Assembly: GCA_041162625.1 (NCBI GenBank)
Contig: JBEASE010000005.1
Span: forward strand, 263-64,262
Length of the DNA: 64,000 nt
From: Bacteroidota bacterium
Lineage (GTDB): Bacteria > Bacteroidota > Bacteroidia > Chitinophagales > Chitinophagaceae
Reading direction: 5' to 3'
Each line of letters begins with the position of its first letter. The first letter of the stretch is position 1. This document shows positions 29,401-37,754 of the stretch, one piece after another. The notes beneath the pieces are model-generated. The model did no database searches and had not been told where the DNA came from. It worked only from the letters and a program-made list of their open reading frames with translations. The position numbers were made by a program, and so were the translations under genes.

Positions 29401-29798
29401 GCACCATTAGATTTTGAATTGATCAATGAATTGAGTTGTCCGCGTACAACAACATTTTCCAATGTAGTAGAGGCAGCCTCCATCTTTACATCAACGTTAA
29501 TGGTAGACCCTAGAGGAGCATAGATATCATACTCCTCAAAATTCTTGAAACCAACTCCTGAGACAGTCAGCTTGTATGGCCCACCAATCCTAACATTTAA
29601 AAAATCATACGCACCCACCCTGTTAGAGGTGGTTGAATATTTTGTACCTGAAGGTTGATGAAGCAATACTATTGTTACTCCTTCCAATGGGTTGCTTGAT
29701 GCATCTTTTATAATACCTGAAACGTTACTGGTAGTAACCTGCGCAAAAGAATATCCAGATACTAATAATAAAAACAATGTCTTAAGAAACTTATTCAT
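26481..29798 (-). CDS. TonB-dependent outer-membrane receptor with N-terminal carboxypeptidase-regulatory-like domain
   Basis: Signal peptide, then VSGIIKDASSNPLEGVTIVL...GAYDFLNV...YKLTVSGVGF, a plug-like region, and a long Asn/Gly/Tyr-rich barrel ending ...GIRYIFNY. Confidence 0.9.
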   Translation of the reverse strand: MNKFLKTLFLLLVSGYSFAQVTTSNVSGIIKDASSNPLEGVTIVLLHQPSGTKYSTTSNRVGAYDFLNVRIGGPYKLTVSGVGFKNFEEYDIYAPLGSTINVDVKMEAASTTLENVVVRGQLNSLINSKSNGAKVTIGREALNLTPTIGRNVNDVTKYNAYSNGRSFAGQDSRFNNFTIDGAVFNNGFGLGSDAQAGGRTNSTAISLDALDELQINITPYDIRQSGFAGAAINAVTRSGNNEFSGSVFRFWNNRDLAGNRAASKIDNIPVTPFNVETNGFRVGGPIIKNKLFFFINGEFTNGTNPALSWVANRTGATGNVSRTTAADLDDLKTFMKSNFDYDLGAIDNFNNESFSRKMLARIDYNIDDIHKLTLRYAHHDSQSDVPISNSNAGNTAGNGNRQNSALAISGQNTGYIIEDNTRSAVLELNSSFKNRISNQFIATYNKQLEDRAYRTAVFPTVDILSGVGGSTYTSIGFDPFTPNNRLNYATFNITNNTTIVRGKHTITIGAAYENFKSNNLFFYGSNGVWVFNSIADFKTAALAFKANPALTTSPVPIARFNYRYTLLPNGKLPWQTFQNQFYTVYAQDEVKMTNNFRLAYGVRLDYLNIENTASDYYNPYVASLPFREPSGVPFNINTGSMPKSRLYVSPRLGFNWDVNGDKKTQIRGGSGLFLSRLPYVLISNQLGNNGVNIGLVNATGNTALNFPFTTDPSKYTPATTDINSLRGYNINYGDQDLKFPQIWKSNIAIDQKLGWGVVATLEAIYNKNINMLHYYDANLKRSNAQFTGNDQRDIYPALDLAGAAATNVRFLNPGIGNAFVLTNNNVGYSYSLTAKLEKPLTKNFGGVIAYTHAKATDLSSVASTVNASTPSIYGLNYLRQGFSDNDLRHRFMGYVNYRLNYGGKFGGATTFSFGLVSASGFKLSYTYSSDVNGDGQFNDLIYVPAVGNNLNFQEYAVGTTTFTAAEQAQAFSSFIDANPYLAKRRGGYAERNGAQAPWLTRLDFAIEQDIFVKVGKNGKANTIRFRADFLNFGNLLNNNWGVGNVSTTPQPLNYRGRTAAGEPIYRLATQVVDGKTILLRDSWVASKTLSDVYQIQLGIRYIFNY

Positions 29799-29823
29799 GG
29801 CTAAATTAATTTTAGAATATCTA

Positions 29824-31332
29824 CTATTGTTTTGTGGCTTTATAAATTTTCACGAATCCATCATTTTCACTGCTAACAACAATGAGACTTTGTTGAATTG
29901 GACTTTTTGATGCAGGGATAAACAAAATTCCTTCTGGAGCATCGCCTGTTTTGTACATTTTCACAAAGACTGGTACCCTTGGATTAGTAACATCATAGAT
30001 CGCAAAAGCATCTGTACGCTCCATTCCCACTATCGCAATTGTTTTAGCACCAACTCTTCCTATGGTTATTGCTTCAGGCTCTGCACCCTTATCATCACTG
30101 CGAGTATCATCATACAATCCGAGCGTAAAACATTCTCTATCTAAAAAATCCTTACTGTCCCATACCAAATTCCCATTGGAAGCATCCCAAACAGAGAATG
30201 ATCGAGCCCCTAGACTGTATATTTCGTCATAATCACCGTCCTTGTCTTTGTCGCCTAGAGTTTTGGTCATATTTAATCTCCCCAAAACTGCGTCTGCTTT
30301 TAAAGCAGCGGCATTTGGAAATGCAACTGGATCTAAATTAGCCGCACTTACCCTTTGCATCTCCGTAAATCCTGTATATTCTCTAGAGTCGCCTTCATTT
30401 GCTGTAAAGAGATAGGTTTTTCCTTCATATCGTAAACTTGATATGGCATCTGGCTGATACATACCAAATACATTTGCAATTCCAAAACTAATGCGTCCAT
30501 CTCTGTCGCTCACATCAACGTTGTTTCCTGCTGCAGCATAATTTTTAAACCCAAGAGGATAAATAATTCTTGTAGTTGCTGAACGAATATCTAACTCAGC
30601 AATTGCATTATTCTCTTGAAGTGTTACCCAAGCAGTTTTTCCATCTTCAGAGGTTGTTATATATTCCGGCTCTATATCTTTATTAAAACTTAAACCTGGT
30701 CCAAATACACGGAAACCTTTAGCCGCTAATTCCGGAAGCTTTCCAACAAAACCAGAGAAATCAACATTAGTTACTGTATATCCATTTTTTACATTAATAA
30801 TAGAAACACTGCCAATTGGATCATCTGTATATGAATCATTTGGTTCACCCTCGTTAGCAGTCAATATGAAATTACCATCCTTAGAATAAGTAACCATATC
30901 AGGCAACGCACCTACAGATATGGTTTTGACAGGAACTAATGTTGCAGCATCAAATACCACCACCTTTCCAGGTGCTTGTTTATTCACCGATTCTATTGCT
31001 GCAGCCAACTTACCATCATAGACGTCAACACTATTAACAAACCCTCCATATGGCTGCATCAAAATTGAAGCTATCACTTTGGGTGCTGCAGGATTAGAAA
31101 GATCAATTACATCAATTTTATTTATAGCACTGTTGTTTACCGCAAAAAGACGTTTTGACTTATCATCATAAGTTGAAATTTCAGCTGCTCCTAGGCCGCC
31201 TAGTCCAATTGATGCTATCTCCGTATATGAACTCAAGTCCTCAGATACGGTAAATTCTAATGGCAGAATTTCCTCATTTTTTTTACAGCCAAATAGGATT
31301 GCCAAAGAAAAGACAAATAATACCTTTCTCAT
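29824..31332 (-). CDS. Beta-propeller lipoprotein, choice-of-anchor-I / phytase-like (putative secreted phosphoesterase)
   Basis: Lipobox LAILFGC. Repeated blade-like motifs include GAAEISTYD, PDMVTYSKDG...TANEGEP, EPEYITTSEDGKTAWVTLQENN, QPDAIS...TANEGDSREY and GAEPEAITIG...APEGILFIP. The family call is from memory of the family, not a search. Confidence 0.65.
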   Translation of the reverse strand: MRKVLFVFSLAILFGCKKNEEILPLEFTVSEDLSSYTEIASIGLGGLGAAEISTYDDKSKRLFAVNNSAINKIDVIDLSNPAAPKVIASILMQPYGGFVNSVDVYDGKLAAAIESVNKQAPGKVVVFDAATLVPVKTISVGALPDMVTYSKDGNFILTANEGEPNDSYTDDPIGSVSIINVKNGYTVTNVDFSGFVGKLPELAAKGFRVFGPGLSFNKDIEPEYITTSEDGKTAWVTLQENNAIAELDIRSATTRIIYPLGFKNYAAAGNNVDVSDRDGRISFGIANVFGMYQPDAISSLRYEGKTYLFTANEGDSREYTGFTEMQRVSAANLDPVAFPNAAALKADAVLGRLNMTKTLGDKDKDGDYDEIYSLGARSFSVWDASNGNLVWDSKDFLDRECFTLGLYDDTRSDDKGAEPEAITIGRVGAKTIAIVGMERTDAFAIYDVTNPRVPVFVKMYKTGDAPEGILFIPASKSPIQQSLIVVSSENDGFVKIYKATKQ

Positions 31333-31537
31333 TCAGTTATAATTTGCTGCGAAAGTCTACATCTATTGTATCTATTGGGCTACTTTAAGATTATCAAATT
31401 CTTAAATGGATGTTACGGAATTGCAAAGTCTAAAAAATACTTGTTGTTAACATTATGATTACAATTGACTTACATTTCAATAATCGATAGGTAACAATTA
31501 GTTTAATTCTGAAGTTGAATTTTACTAAACTCTAAAA

Positions 31538-32395
31538 ATGGAAAAAAGGGTAATCGACATTGTAGTTATAAGTGATACACATCTCGGAACTTATGGCTGC
31601 CACTCCACTGAACTTGTCAGTTATCTTAGAAGTATCCAGCCCAAGCTCTTAGTACTCAATGGAGACATTATTGATATCTGGCAATTTAGGAAGCACTTCT
31701 TTCCCTCCTCTCATATGCAAGTGATAAAGGAGATTTTCGGCCATCTTTCAAGAGGTACAAAAATTGTATACATCACAGGCAACCATGATGAATCTCTTAG
31801 AAGATACAGTGGTTTAAAATTAGGAAACTTCCAATTGGTTGATAAACTCGTTCTGGAGATTGATGGCAATAAAACATGGATTTTCCACGGAGATGTATTT
31901 GACGCTACAACAAAAGGTAGTGCTAAAATAATTGCAAAACTAGGAGGACAAGGCTATGACCTTCTCATTTTGTTCAACAGAGCTATAAATTGGATCTTGA
32001 AAATTTTGGGTAGAGAAAAAATGAGCTTGAGCAAGAAAGTAAAAAATAGTGTAAAAAAAGCAGTCAAGTGGATTGGTGATTTTGAACAAACTGCCGCAGA
32101 ATTAGCCATCCAAAATGAATATAGACATGTGATCTGCGGACATATTCATCAACCTCAGATTAAAACAATTAAAACAGAATATGGTGAAGTGGTATATATG
32201 AACAGTGGCGACTGGATAGAAAATCTTACGACATTAGAATATGTTGATAACAAATGGGAGATTTATCAGTTCGACGAAAAGGCTTTTGCAGTAGAGAACA
32301 AGGTCAAAATCATGGAAGAAAATAGAATCCCCTCATTAAATGTTCTATCAGAAGAAGTTTCCTTTTTCTTTAACTCCATTTTACCCTCCGCTTAA
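31538..32395 (+). CDS. LpxH-family metallophosphoesterase (UDP-2,3-diacylglucosamine diphosphatase-like or PlcP-like)
   Basis: Metallophosphoesterase motifs SDTHLG, NGDIIDIW, TGNHDE, FHGDVFD and CGHIHQP. The layout parallels E. coli LpxH (GDLFEAW, GNRDF, HGD, HGHTH). Confidence 0.8.
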   Translation: MEKRVIDIVVISDTHLGTYGCHSTELVSYLRSIQPKLLVLNGDIIDIWQFRKHFFPSSHMQVIKEIFGHLSRGTKIVYITGNHDESLRRYSGLKLGNFQLVDKLVLEIDGNKTWIFHGDVFDATTKGSAKIIAKLGGQGYDLLILFNRAINWILKILGREKMSLSKKVKNSVKKAVKWIGDFEQTAAELAIQNEYRHVICGHIHQPQIKTIKTEYGEVVYMNSGDWIENLTTLEYVDNKWEIYQFDEKAFAVENKVKIMEENRIPSLNVLSEEVSFFFNSILPSA

Positions 32396-32398
32396 CCT

Positions 32399-33466
32399 AT
32401 GAAAATATTCTATGCTGTTCAAGCCACTGGCAATGGGCACATCAGCAGAGCCACAGAATTAGTACCCTTACTTCAAAAATATGGCGATGTTGATGTTTTT
32501 CTAAGTGGATCGAATTATAGTTTAAAATCAAATCTCCCAATTGCCTACAGAAGCAAAGGTCTCAGCTTGGCCTACAATAGTGAATCTGGATCAATTGACA
32601 TAAAAAAAACAATTCAAAATATATCACTCAGAAAAATTTGGAATGAGGCCAAATTTCTACCTGTAGAAAAATATGATTTAGTGGTCAATGATTTTGAATC
32701 CATAACCTCTCTTGCTTGCAGATTAAAAAAAGTAAAATCAATTCACCTAGGGCATCAAGCATCTTTTGTGAGTAAAAAAGTACCTCGACCAGCAATAAAA
32801 GATTTTTGGGGTGAGTGGGTACTCAGAAATTATGCAGCTGGTACTGAAACCTATGGATTTCATTTTCGTGATTATGATAAAAATATTTTTAACCCCATCA
32901 TCAAAAATAGTATCCTAGAAGCAGAACCCAGCAATAAAGGACATTTCACCATTTACTTGGGTCAATATGACACTTCCATCATTATTGAAGCTATAAAAGA
33001 ATTAATTGATTTCAAATTTGAAATCTTCTGCAGCCAATCAAAAGATATCATTGTCAACCATAATTACAAAATACTCCCTATAAGTCAGGAACTCTTTAAC
33101 CAAAGTTTATTGAGTTGTATAGGTATTATTACTGGTGCAGGTTTTGAAACACCTGCTGAAGCTTTATACCTTAATAAAAAACTCATGGTCATTCCACTTA
33201 AGGGTCAATATGAACAATTGTGTAATGCCGAGGCGTTGAAAGATTTTAATGTTATGGTCATTGATAATCTGAATGAAAACTTCAAATTTTTATTTGAAAA
33301 ATGGATAGATTATAATGGTCAAAAACAATTGATTCTGAGTAAAACAGCTCTCGAAATTATTGAAGAAGTAGTTGAAGGAAAACCACAATCTAAATTAACT
33401 TGTATAACAGCCAATCAATGGACCTCACCTTTCGAAATTCCCCATCAACAGATTGCAAGCCAATAA
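32399..33466 (+). CDS. Glycosyltransferase, MJ1255/GT-B-like family
   Basis: N-terminal FYAVQATGNGHISRA (a GxGH motif like MurG/UDP-glycosyltransferase-type GT-B proteins) and C-terminal ITGAGFETPAEAL. It starts 3 nt after the upstream stop. Confidence 0.7.
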   Translation: MKIFYAVQATGNGHISRATELVPLLQKYGDVDVFLSGSNYSLKSNLPIAYRSKGLSLAYNSESGSIDIKKTIQNISLRKIWNEAKFLPVEKYDLVVNDFESITSLACRLKKVKSIHLGHQASFVSKKVPRPAIKDFWGEWVLRNYAAGTETYGFHFRDYDKNIFNPIIKNSILEAEPSNKGHFTIYLGQYDTSIIIEAIKELIDFKFEIFCSQSKDIIVNHNYKILPISQELFNQSLLSCIGIITGAGFETPAEALYLNKKLMVIPLKGQYEQLCNAEALKDFNVMVIDNLNENFKFLFEKWIDYNGQKQLILSKTALEIIEEVVEGKPQSKLTCITANQWTSPFEIPHQQIASQ

Positions 33467-33467
33467 A

Positions 33468-34349
33468 CTATATGGAGAGTTCTTCGTACAGGTGTTGTAT
33501 CAAACCATCAACTAACCCTATTTTCGGCACTAGGATTTCATTGATTGAAGCCCATTTCATCACCTGAGTATAGATCAATAATGCAGGTACAATAACATCT
33601 GCTCGGTCCTCTCTCAGTTGATAGAGCTGAATTCTTTCTTCTAAAGAGCAGGATGAAAATTCTTTATAATACGATTTTAATAAATCTAGATCTAACGTCT
33701 TTCCATCTTTTCGCTTACTTAAGGAAAAGACCTTGTTGATATTCCCGCCTGTTCCTATGGCAATTAACTTAGCATAATCCTTTGTAGCCTCTTTTACCTT
33801 TTGCTTCATATCATCCCATTCATTTTCACTAACCTGATCCTTTAATAATCGTATAGTTCCAATATTAAATGACTCTTTAAATACTAATTGTCCCTTAGAT
33901 ATTAAAGTAAGTTCAGTGCTACCTCCTCCTACATCTACATACAGATAATTACTATCCTGATCTAGTTTTTCTGCTATATGAGACTCATAGATCAGGGAGG
34001 CTTCAAAATCACCTGAAATAATTTGAATATTAATTCCTGTCTCCAAAAAGACCTTCTGCACTATCTCCTTTCTGTTCTTAGCATCCCTCATCGCGCTAGT
34101 TGCAACCGCTATATGCTTGGTTACGCCATAAGCATTCATGATATGACTGTAAGCCTTCATCGATTGAAACAACATACCTCTTTTTTCTTTGGAGATTTCT
34201 CCTGTTTCAAAAACATCAAATCCTAACCTAAGTGGAATCCTAACGAGATTTAACTTATTGAACTTTGTTGTACCACCCACAACAGGTATAACTTCTGAAA
34301 TCATTAACCTACATGCATTCGTCCCGATATCAATTGCTGCTAATTTCAC
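33468..34349 (-). CDS. ppx: Exopolyphosphatase / Ppx-GppA family phosphatase (short form)
   Basis: ASKHA-fold motifs AAIDIGTNACRL and VDVGGGSTEL. It overlaps the ppk1 stop by 20 nt. Confidence 0.88.
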   Translation of the reverse strand: MKLAAIDIGTNACRLMISEVIPVVGGTTKFNKLNLVRIPLRLGFDVFETGEISKEKRGMLFQSMKAYSHIMNAYGVTKHIAVATSAMRDAKNRKEIVQKVFLETGINIQIISGDFEASLIYESHIAEKLDQDSNYLYVDVGGGSTELTLISKGQLVFKESFNIGTIRLLKDQVSENEWDDMKQKVKEATKDYAKLIAIGTGGNINKVFSLSKRKDGKTLDLDLLKSYYKEFSSCSLEERIQLYQLREDRADVIVPALLIYTQVMKWASINEILVPKIGLVDGLIQHLYEELSI

Positions 34350-36426
34350 TATCTATATGCAACTGTTTTTTATGAAGATAATTGTAGGTCTCTAACTGAG
34401 ACCGGACCTTTTTTCGTCCTTGTGAAGATACATAGTTGTTGGTAAAGTTTACATCCAAAATCCTCGACTTAACATTATCGGCCAGCTGTATTTCTAAAAT
34501 TTTTAAGATTTCTTCCTTAATCTGTACATCTTGAATTGGACAAGCAGCTTCTACCCTATGATCCAAATTACGCACCATCCAATCTGCACTAGATATGTAC
34601 ATCAACTCTTTACCTCCTTGATAAAAATACATTACTCTTCCATGCTCAAGATATTGATCAACTATACTAACAGCAAAAGGCTCTTTTTGACCTTTTTTCA
34701 ATAGTTTCTTTATAGAGTAGATACCCCGAATGATTAATTTCACTTCAACCCCCATCGATGCAGCATGATACAGCCTCTCTACAAGTTCTACATCACTAAG
34801 AGCATTTAATTTTAAAATTATTTTTGCTGGCTTCCCCTTTTTTGCTGTCTTTACTTCCTTATCAATAAGTCCATTTATTTGAGTTCTCATGTTAACCGGA
34901 CTAACCATTAGTGTTTTACAATCCAATAAGGCGGTTTTGTGCGCAAGCGGATTTTCTAGATAATAAAAAATACGGTTGATATCCGCCATGATGTTTCTGT
35001 TTGAAGTAAGCAAACAAAAATCACTATAAATATTGGCCGACTTTTCATTTAGGTTTCCTGTACTTACAAAACCATACTGGATTGTTTTGTTTCCTGCTCT
35101 CTTTTTAATAACACATATCTTAGCGTGTACTTTCATATTGGGTATTCCCAAAATTACCCTAACACCTTCCTCTTCCAGTACTGATTTCCATGCCAAATTT
35201 GCTTCCTCATCAAATCTTGCTTTAAGCTCAAGCATTACCTCTACTTTTTTGCCATTACGCGACGCATTCACTAATGCATTGATTACTTTTGAATCAGATG
35301 CTAATCGATATGCTGTTATACGAATGGAGACAACCTCTGGATCAATTGCTGCTTCACGTAATAAATCAATTATCTTACTAAACGAATGATAAGGGAAGTT
35401 GAGTAAAACATCTTTACGTTGAATAACATCTGTAACCCGTAAAGATGTTTTTAGATGAGGATGAACAAAGGCAGATACTTTCTTTTTAGACTGTACAAAA
35501 ACGTTTGGAAAATCCATGAAATGTTTAAAATTGTGTATCCTACCACCAGGAATGATACTTGATTTTGCATCCAATTTTAATTTTCTAGTTAAAAAATTTA
35601 GTAGCCCACTATCCATTTCTTTATCATAAACAAAACGAACTGGCTTCCCTTTTCTTCTTTTCTTCAATCCTTTTTGCATTTTCTCAACAAGAGACGTGCT
35701 GATATCATTATCTAAATCTAATTCAGCATCTTTCGTAACTTTAAATATGTGGGCATCAAATTGATCGTAACCAAAATAAGAAAATATATAGGGAAGGTTA
35801 ACACGTATCACATCCTCTAGTAAGATGATATGAGTCTCAGATCCAGAACTTGGTAAAATTAGGAATCTACCAAGCGACTTAGATGGTACTTCAATGAGTG
35901 CATACTTTTGTTTATATGCTGATTTTTTTTGTCTCATCACAACGCCCAAGTATATACTCTTATCTCTCAGATAAGGCATTTCAGGAATGGATTCAACCAT
36001 TAAAGGAATTATATTAGAACGTACTTCCTGTTCAAAATAATTAACTACAAAAGCCTTTTGTTCCTTATTCAACTGTTTTTCAGTCTTGAGAAATATCTTA
36101 TTTTTTCTCAATTCTAATTGAATATTGATCCAAATTCTGTCAAATTCACTTTGTTGCTGCAGTACAATGTGCATCAACTCATTTAAAATTTCAACCGGAT
36201 ATGCCTCTAAATGCATATTTAGCTTTTTGGAGGAACCGCCTAATTCTTGCATTCTTTTGAGTGTAGCCACCCTCACCCGAAAGAATTCATCCAGGTTATT
36301 TGAAAAAATTCCCAAAAAACGAATTCTGTCTTTAAGGGGGACTGTTTTATCATTTGCCTCCTGTAACACCCTTGCATTAAAACTTAGCCAACTTATATCT
36401 CTTGGAAGGAAACTTGGTTTTGCCAT
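34330..36426 (-). CDS. ppk: Polyphosphate kinase 1
   Basis: N-terminal FLPRDISWLSFNARVLQEA and PLD-like HKD-type motifs (KVHAKICVIKK). Length is 698 aa. Confidence 0.95.
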   Translation of the reverse strand: MAKPSFLPRDISWLSFNARVLQEANDKTVPLKDRIRFLGIFSNNLDEFFRVRVATLKRMQELGGSSKKLNMHLEAYPVEILNELMHIVLQQQSEFDRIWINIQLELRKNKIFLKTEKQLNKEQKAFVVNYFEQEVRSNIIPLMVESIPEMPYLRDKSIYLGVVMRQKKSAYKQKYALIEVPSKSLGRFLILPSSGSETHIILLEDVIRVNLPYIFSYFGYDQFDAHIFKVTKDAELDLDNDISTSLVEKMQKGLKKRRKGKPVRFVYDKEMDSGLLNFLTRKLKLDAKSSIIPGGRIHNFKHFMDFPNVFVQSKKKVSAFVHPHLKTSLRVTDVIQRKDVLLNFPYHSFSKIIDLLREAAIDPEVVSIRITAYRLASDSKVINALVNASRNGKKVEVMLELKARFDEEANLAWKSVLEEEGVRVILGIPNMKVHAKICVIKKRAGNKTIQYGFVSTGNLNEKSANIYSDFCLLTSNRNIMADINRIFYYLENPLAHKTALLDCKTLMVSPVNMRTQINGLIDKEVKTAKKGKPAKIILKLNALSDVELVERLYHAASMGVEVKLIIRGIYSIKKLLKKGQKEPFAVSIVDQYLEHGRVMYFYQGGKELMYISSADWMVRNLDHRVEAACPIQDVQIKEEILKILEIQLADNVKSRILDVNFTNNYVSSQGRKKVRSQLETYNYLHKKQLHIDSEISSN

Positions 36427-36510
36427 ATTGCAATTTAAAGAAGCTGACTAGCTAGTTTTAATAACGAAAATGAATTTTATGTTAATTTAACATACAAATG
36501 ACGGGGTAAA

Positions 36511-37707
36511 GTGTCTAAACTTCGACTACTAATTTCTTTTTTGTGCCTAACCGTTTCTATATGTTGTTTCTCAAGAAGCAAAACAACTACTGATACCCTT
36601 TTGATTAATTTTCTTGGAAATCAATATGATTTGGTTTTAGAAAAAAATAATATCAAAAAAACTCTTCAAAACTTGAATGAAACAAAACTCTCAACTGATT
36701 CCCTATCAGATACACTCTTGCTTCCCGCCATAAAAAAGATTCAAAATTTAAAAATTGAACTAAAGCTAGCCGACTGGCTCGTATATCAATTAATCAGAAG
36801 AATTGCCGAACAGATTAATTCAAAATACGAAGATTATTCACAATACACATTGACTAAATACGCATTACTTTCTGGAACTGGTTTTGAACCTCTGATATAT
36901 ACTTCAAATGAAAAAATACTATTGTATGTAAAATCTACAGATACGGTATACAATCTTCCAAATAAAATTATAAATGGAAGTCAATATGTATGTCTCAATT
37001 ACCACGACTACAAATTTCAAATCAACTTTCAAACAGAAAAATTTTACAGAAAATTTGAACATTTAACGAAAAAAGGAAAAGACTTCAATTATCATATTGA
37101 TTATTTAGCTTCATTTCAACGTGAATCTTACTCAGAAAAAACTATCACATTCAACTACAAGCAAAAAATTGAAAAATATAATGTATTAGTAAATACAGAA
37201 ATGCAAGACTACTTTACCAATTACCCTGTAACAGAATACAGATACCAATTCAATATCCCATTTAGTGAAGTCACCTATAACACATTGATTCCTCAATTAA
37301 AATCGAGAATCATGAACTTATCAGTAAATGAAGGCATAGAATATATTATGCTTTTTGTACGAGATGGTTTTGAATTTGAAACTGATACCAAATTATTTGG
37401 ACGAGAAAAAAGATTATCAGCAGAAGAAACATTGATTTCTTCATCAAGTGACTGCGAAGATAGATCTGCATTATTTTTTTCACTGGTGAAAGAAATATAC
37501 AATCTACCAATGGCAATCATATCCTACCCTAATCATGTAAATGTAGCTGTCCAATTACCTAAACCAAAAGGATTGGGAATAAACATCAATGGTAAAGTAT
37601 TTACTATTTGTGAACCAACCCCACAAAAAATAAAACATGGTATTGGCTGGATGTCTAAAAAACAAAGAAAGGAGTCCTACGAAATCGCTTACCTCTACCA
37701 AAAATAA
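36511..37707 (+). CDS. Secreted protein with a C-terminal transglutaminase-like (papain-fold) Cys/His/acid core
   Basis: GTG start and signal peptide LLISFLCLTVSICCFS. The C-terminal SSSDCEDRSALFFSLVKEIYNLPMAIISYPNHVNVAVQL...KVFTICEPT matches the G.C.D.a.L..sL...gi.a......H..v.v....DPT layout. The gene is visibly A+T-rich. Confidence 0.7.
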   Translation: MSKLRLLISFLCLTVSICCFSRSKTTTDTLLINFLGNQYDLVLEKNNIKKTLQNLNETKLSTDSLSDTLLLPAIKKIQNLKIELKLADWLVYQLIRRIAEQINSKYEDYSQYTLTKYALLSGTGFEPLIYTSNEKILLYVKSTDTVYNLPNKIINGSQYVCLNYHDYKFQINFQTEKFYRKFEHLTKKGKDFNYHIDYLASFQRESYSEKTITFNYKQKIEKYNVLVNTEMQDYFTNYPVTEYRYQFNIPFSEVTYNTLIPQLKSRIMNLSVNEGIEYIMLFVRDGFEFETDTKLFGREKRLSAEETLISSSSDCEDRSALFFSLVKEIYNLPMAIISYPNHVNVAVQLPKPKGLGININGKVFTICEPTPQKIKHGIGWMSKKQRKESYEIAYLYQK

Positions 37708-37733
37708 AAAAGGGACTGCAATTGCAGTCCCTT
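37705..37733. terminator. Bidirectional hairpin between convergent genes
   Basis: Perfect palindrome AAGGGACTGCAATTGCAGTCCCTT (37710-37733), preceded by an A-run, which gives a U-run for the minus-strand transcript. Confidence 0.7.
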
Positions 37734-37754
37734 AGTATTAAAATAGTTATGCGA

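Noticed and set aside
31361-31378. Tandem 9-mer ATCTATTGT-ATCTATTGG upstream of the phytase-like lipoprotein gene.
   Set aside because: There are only two copies, the sequence is A+T-rich, and the 9-bp phasing does not fit OmpR-family sites. It is too weak to call a regulatory site.
31459-31474. TTACA-N6-TTACA direct repeat with 11-bp phasing, 64-79 nt upstream of the LpxH/PlcP-like gene. I considered it as a possible Pho-box-like site.
   Set aside because: Only 5 identical bases per half-site (7 of 11 over the extended unit). By my rough estimate, a match this short has a substantial chance of arising at random in a 200-nt A+T-rich spacer. The Pho-box consensus for this lineage is not known to me.
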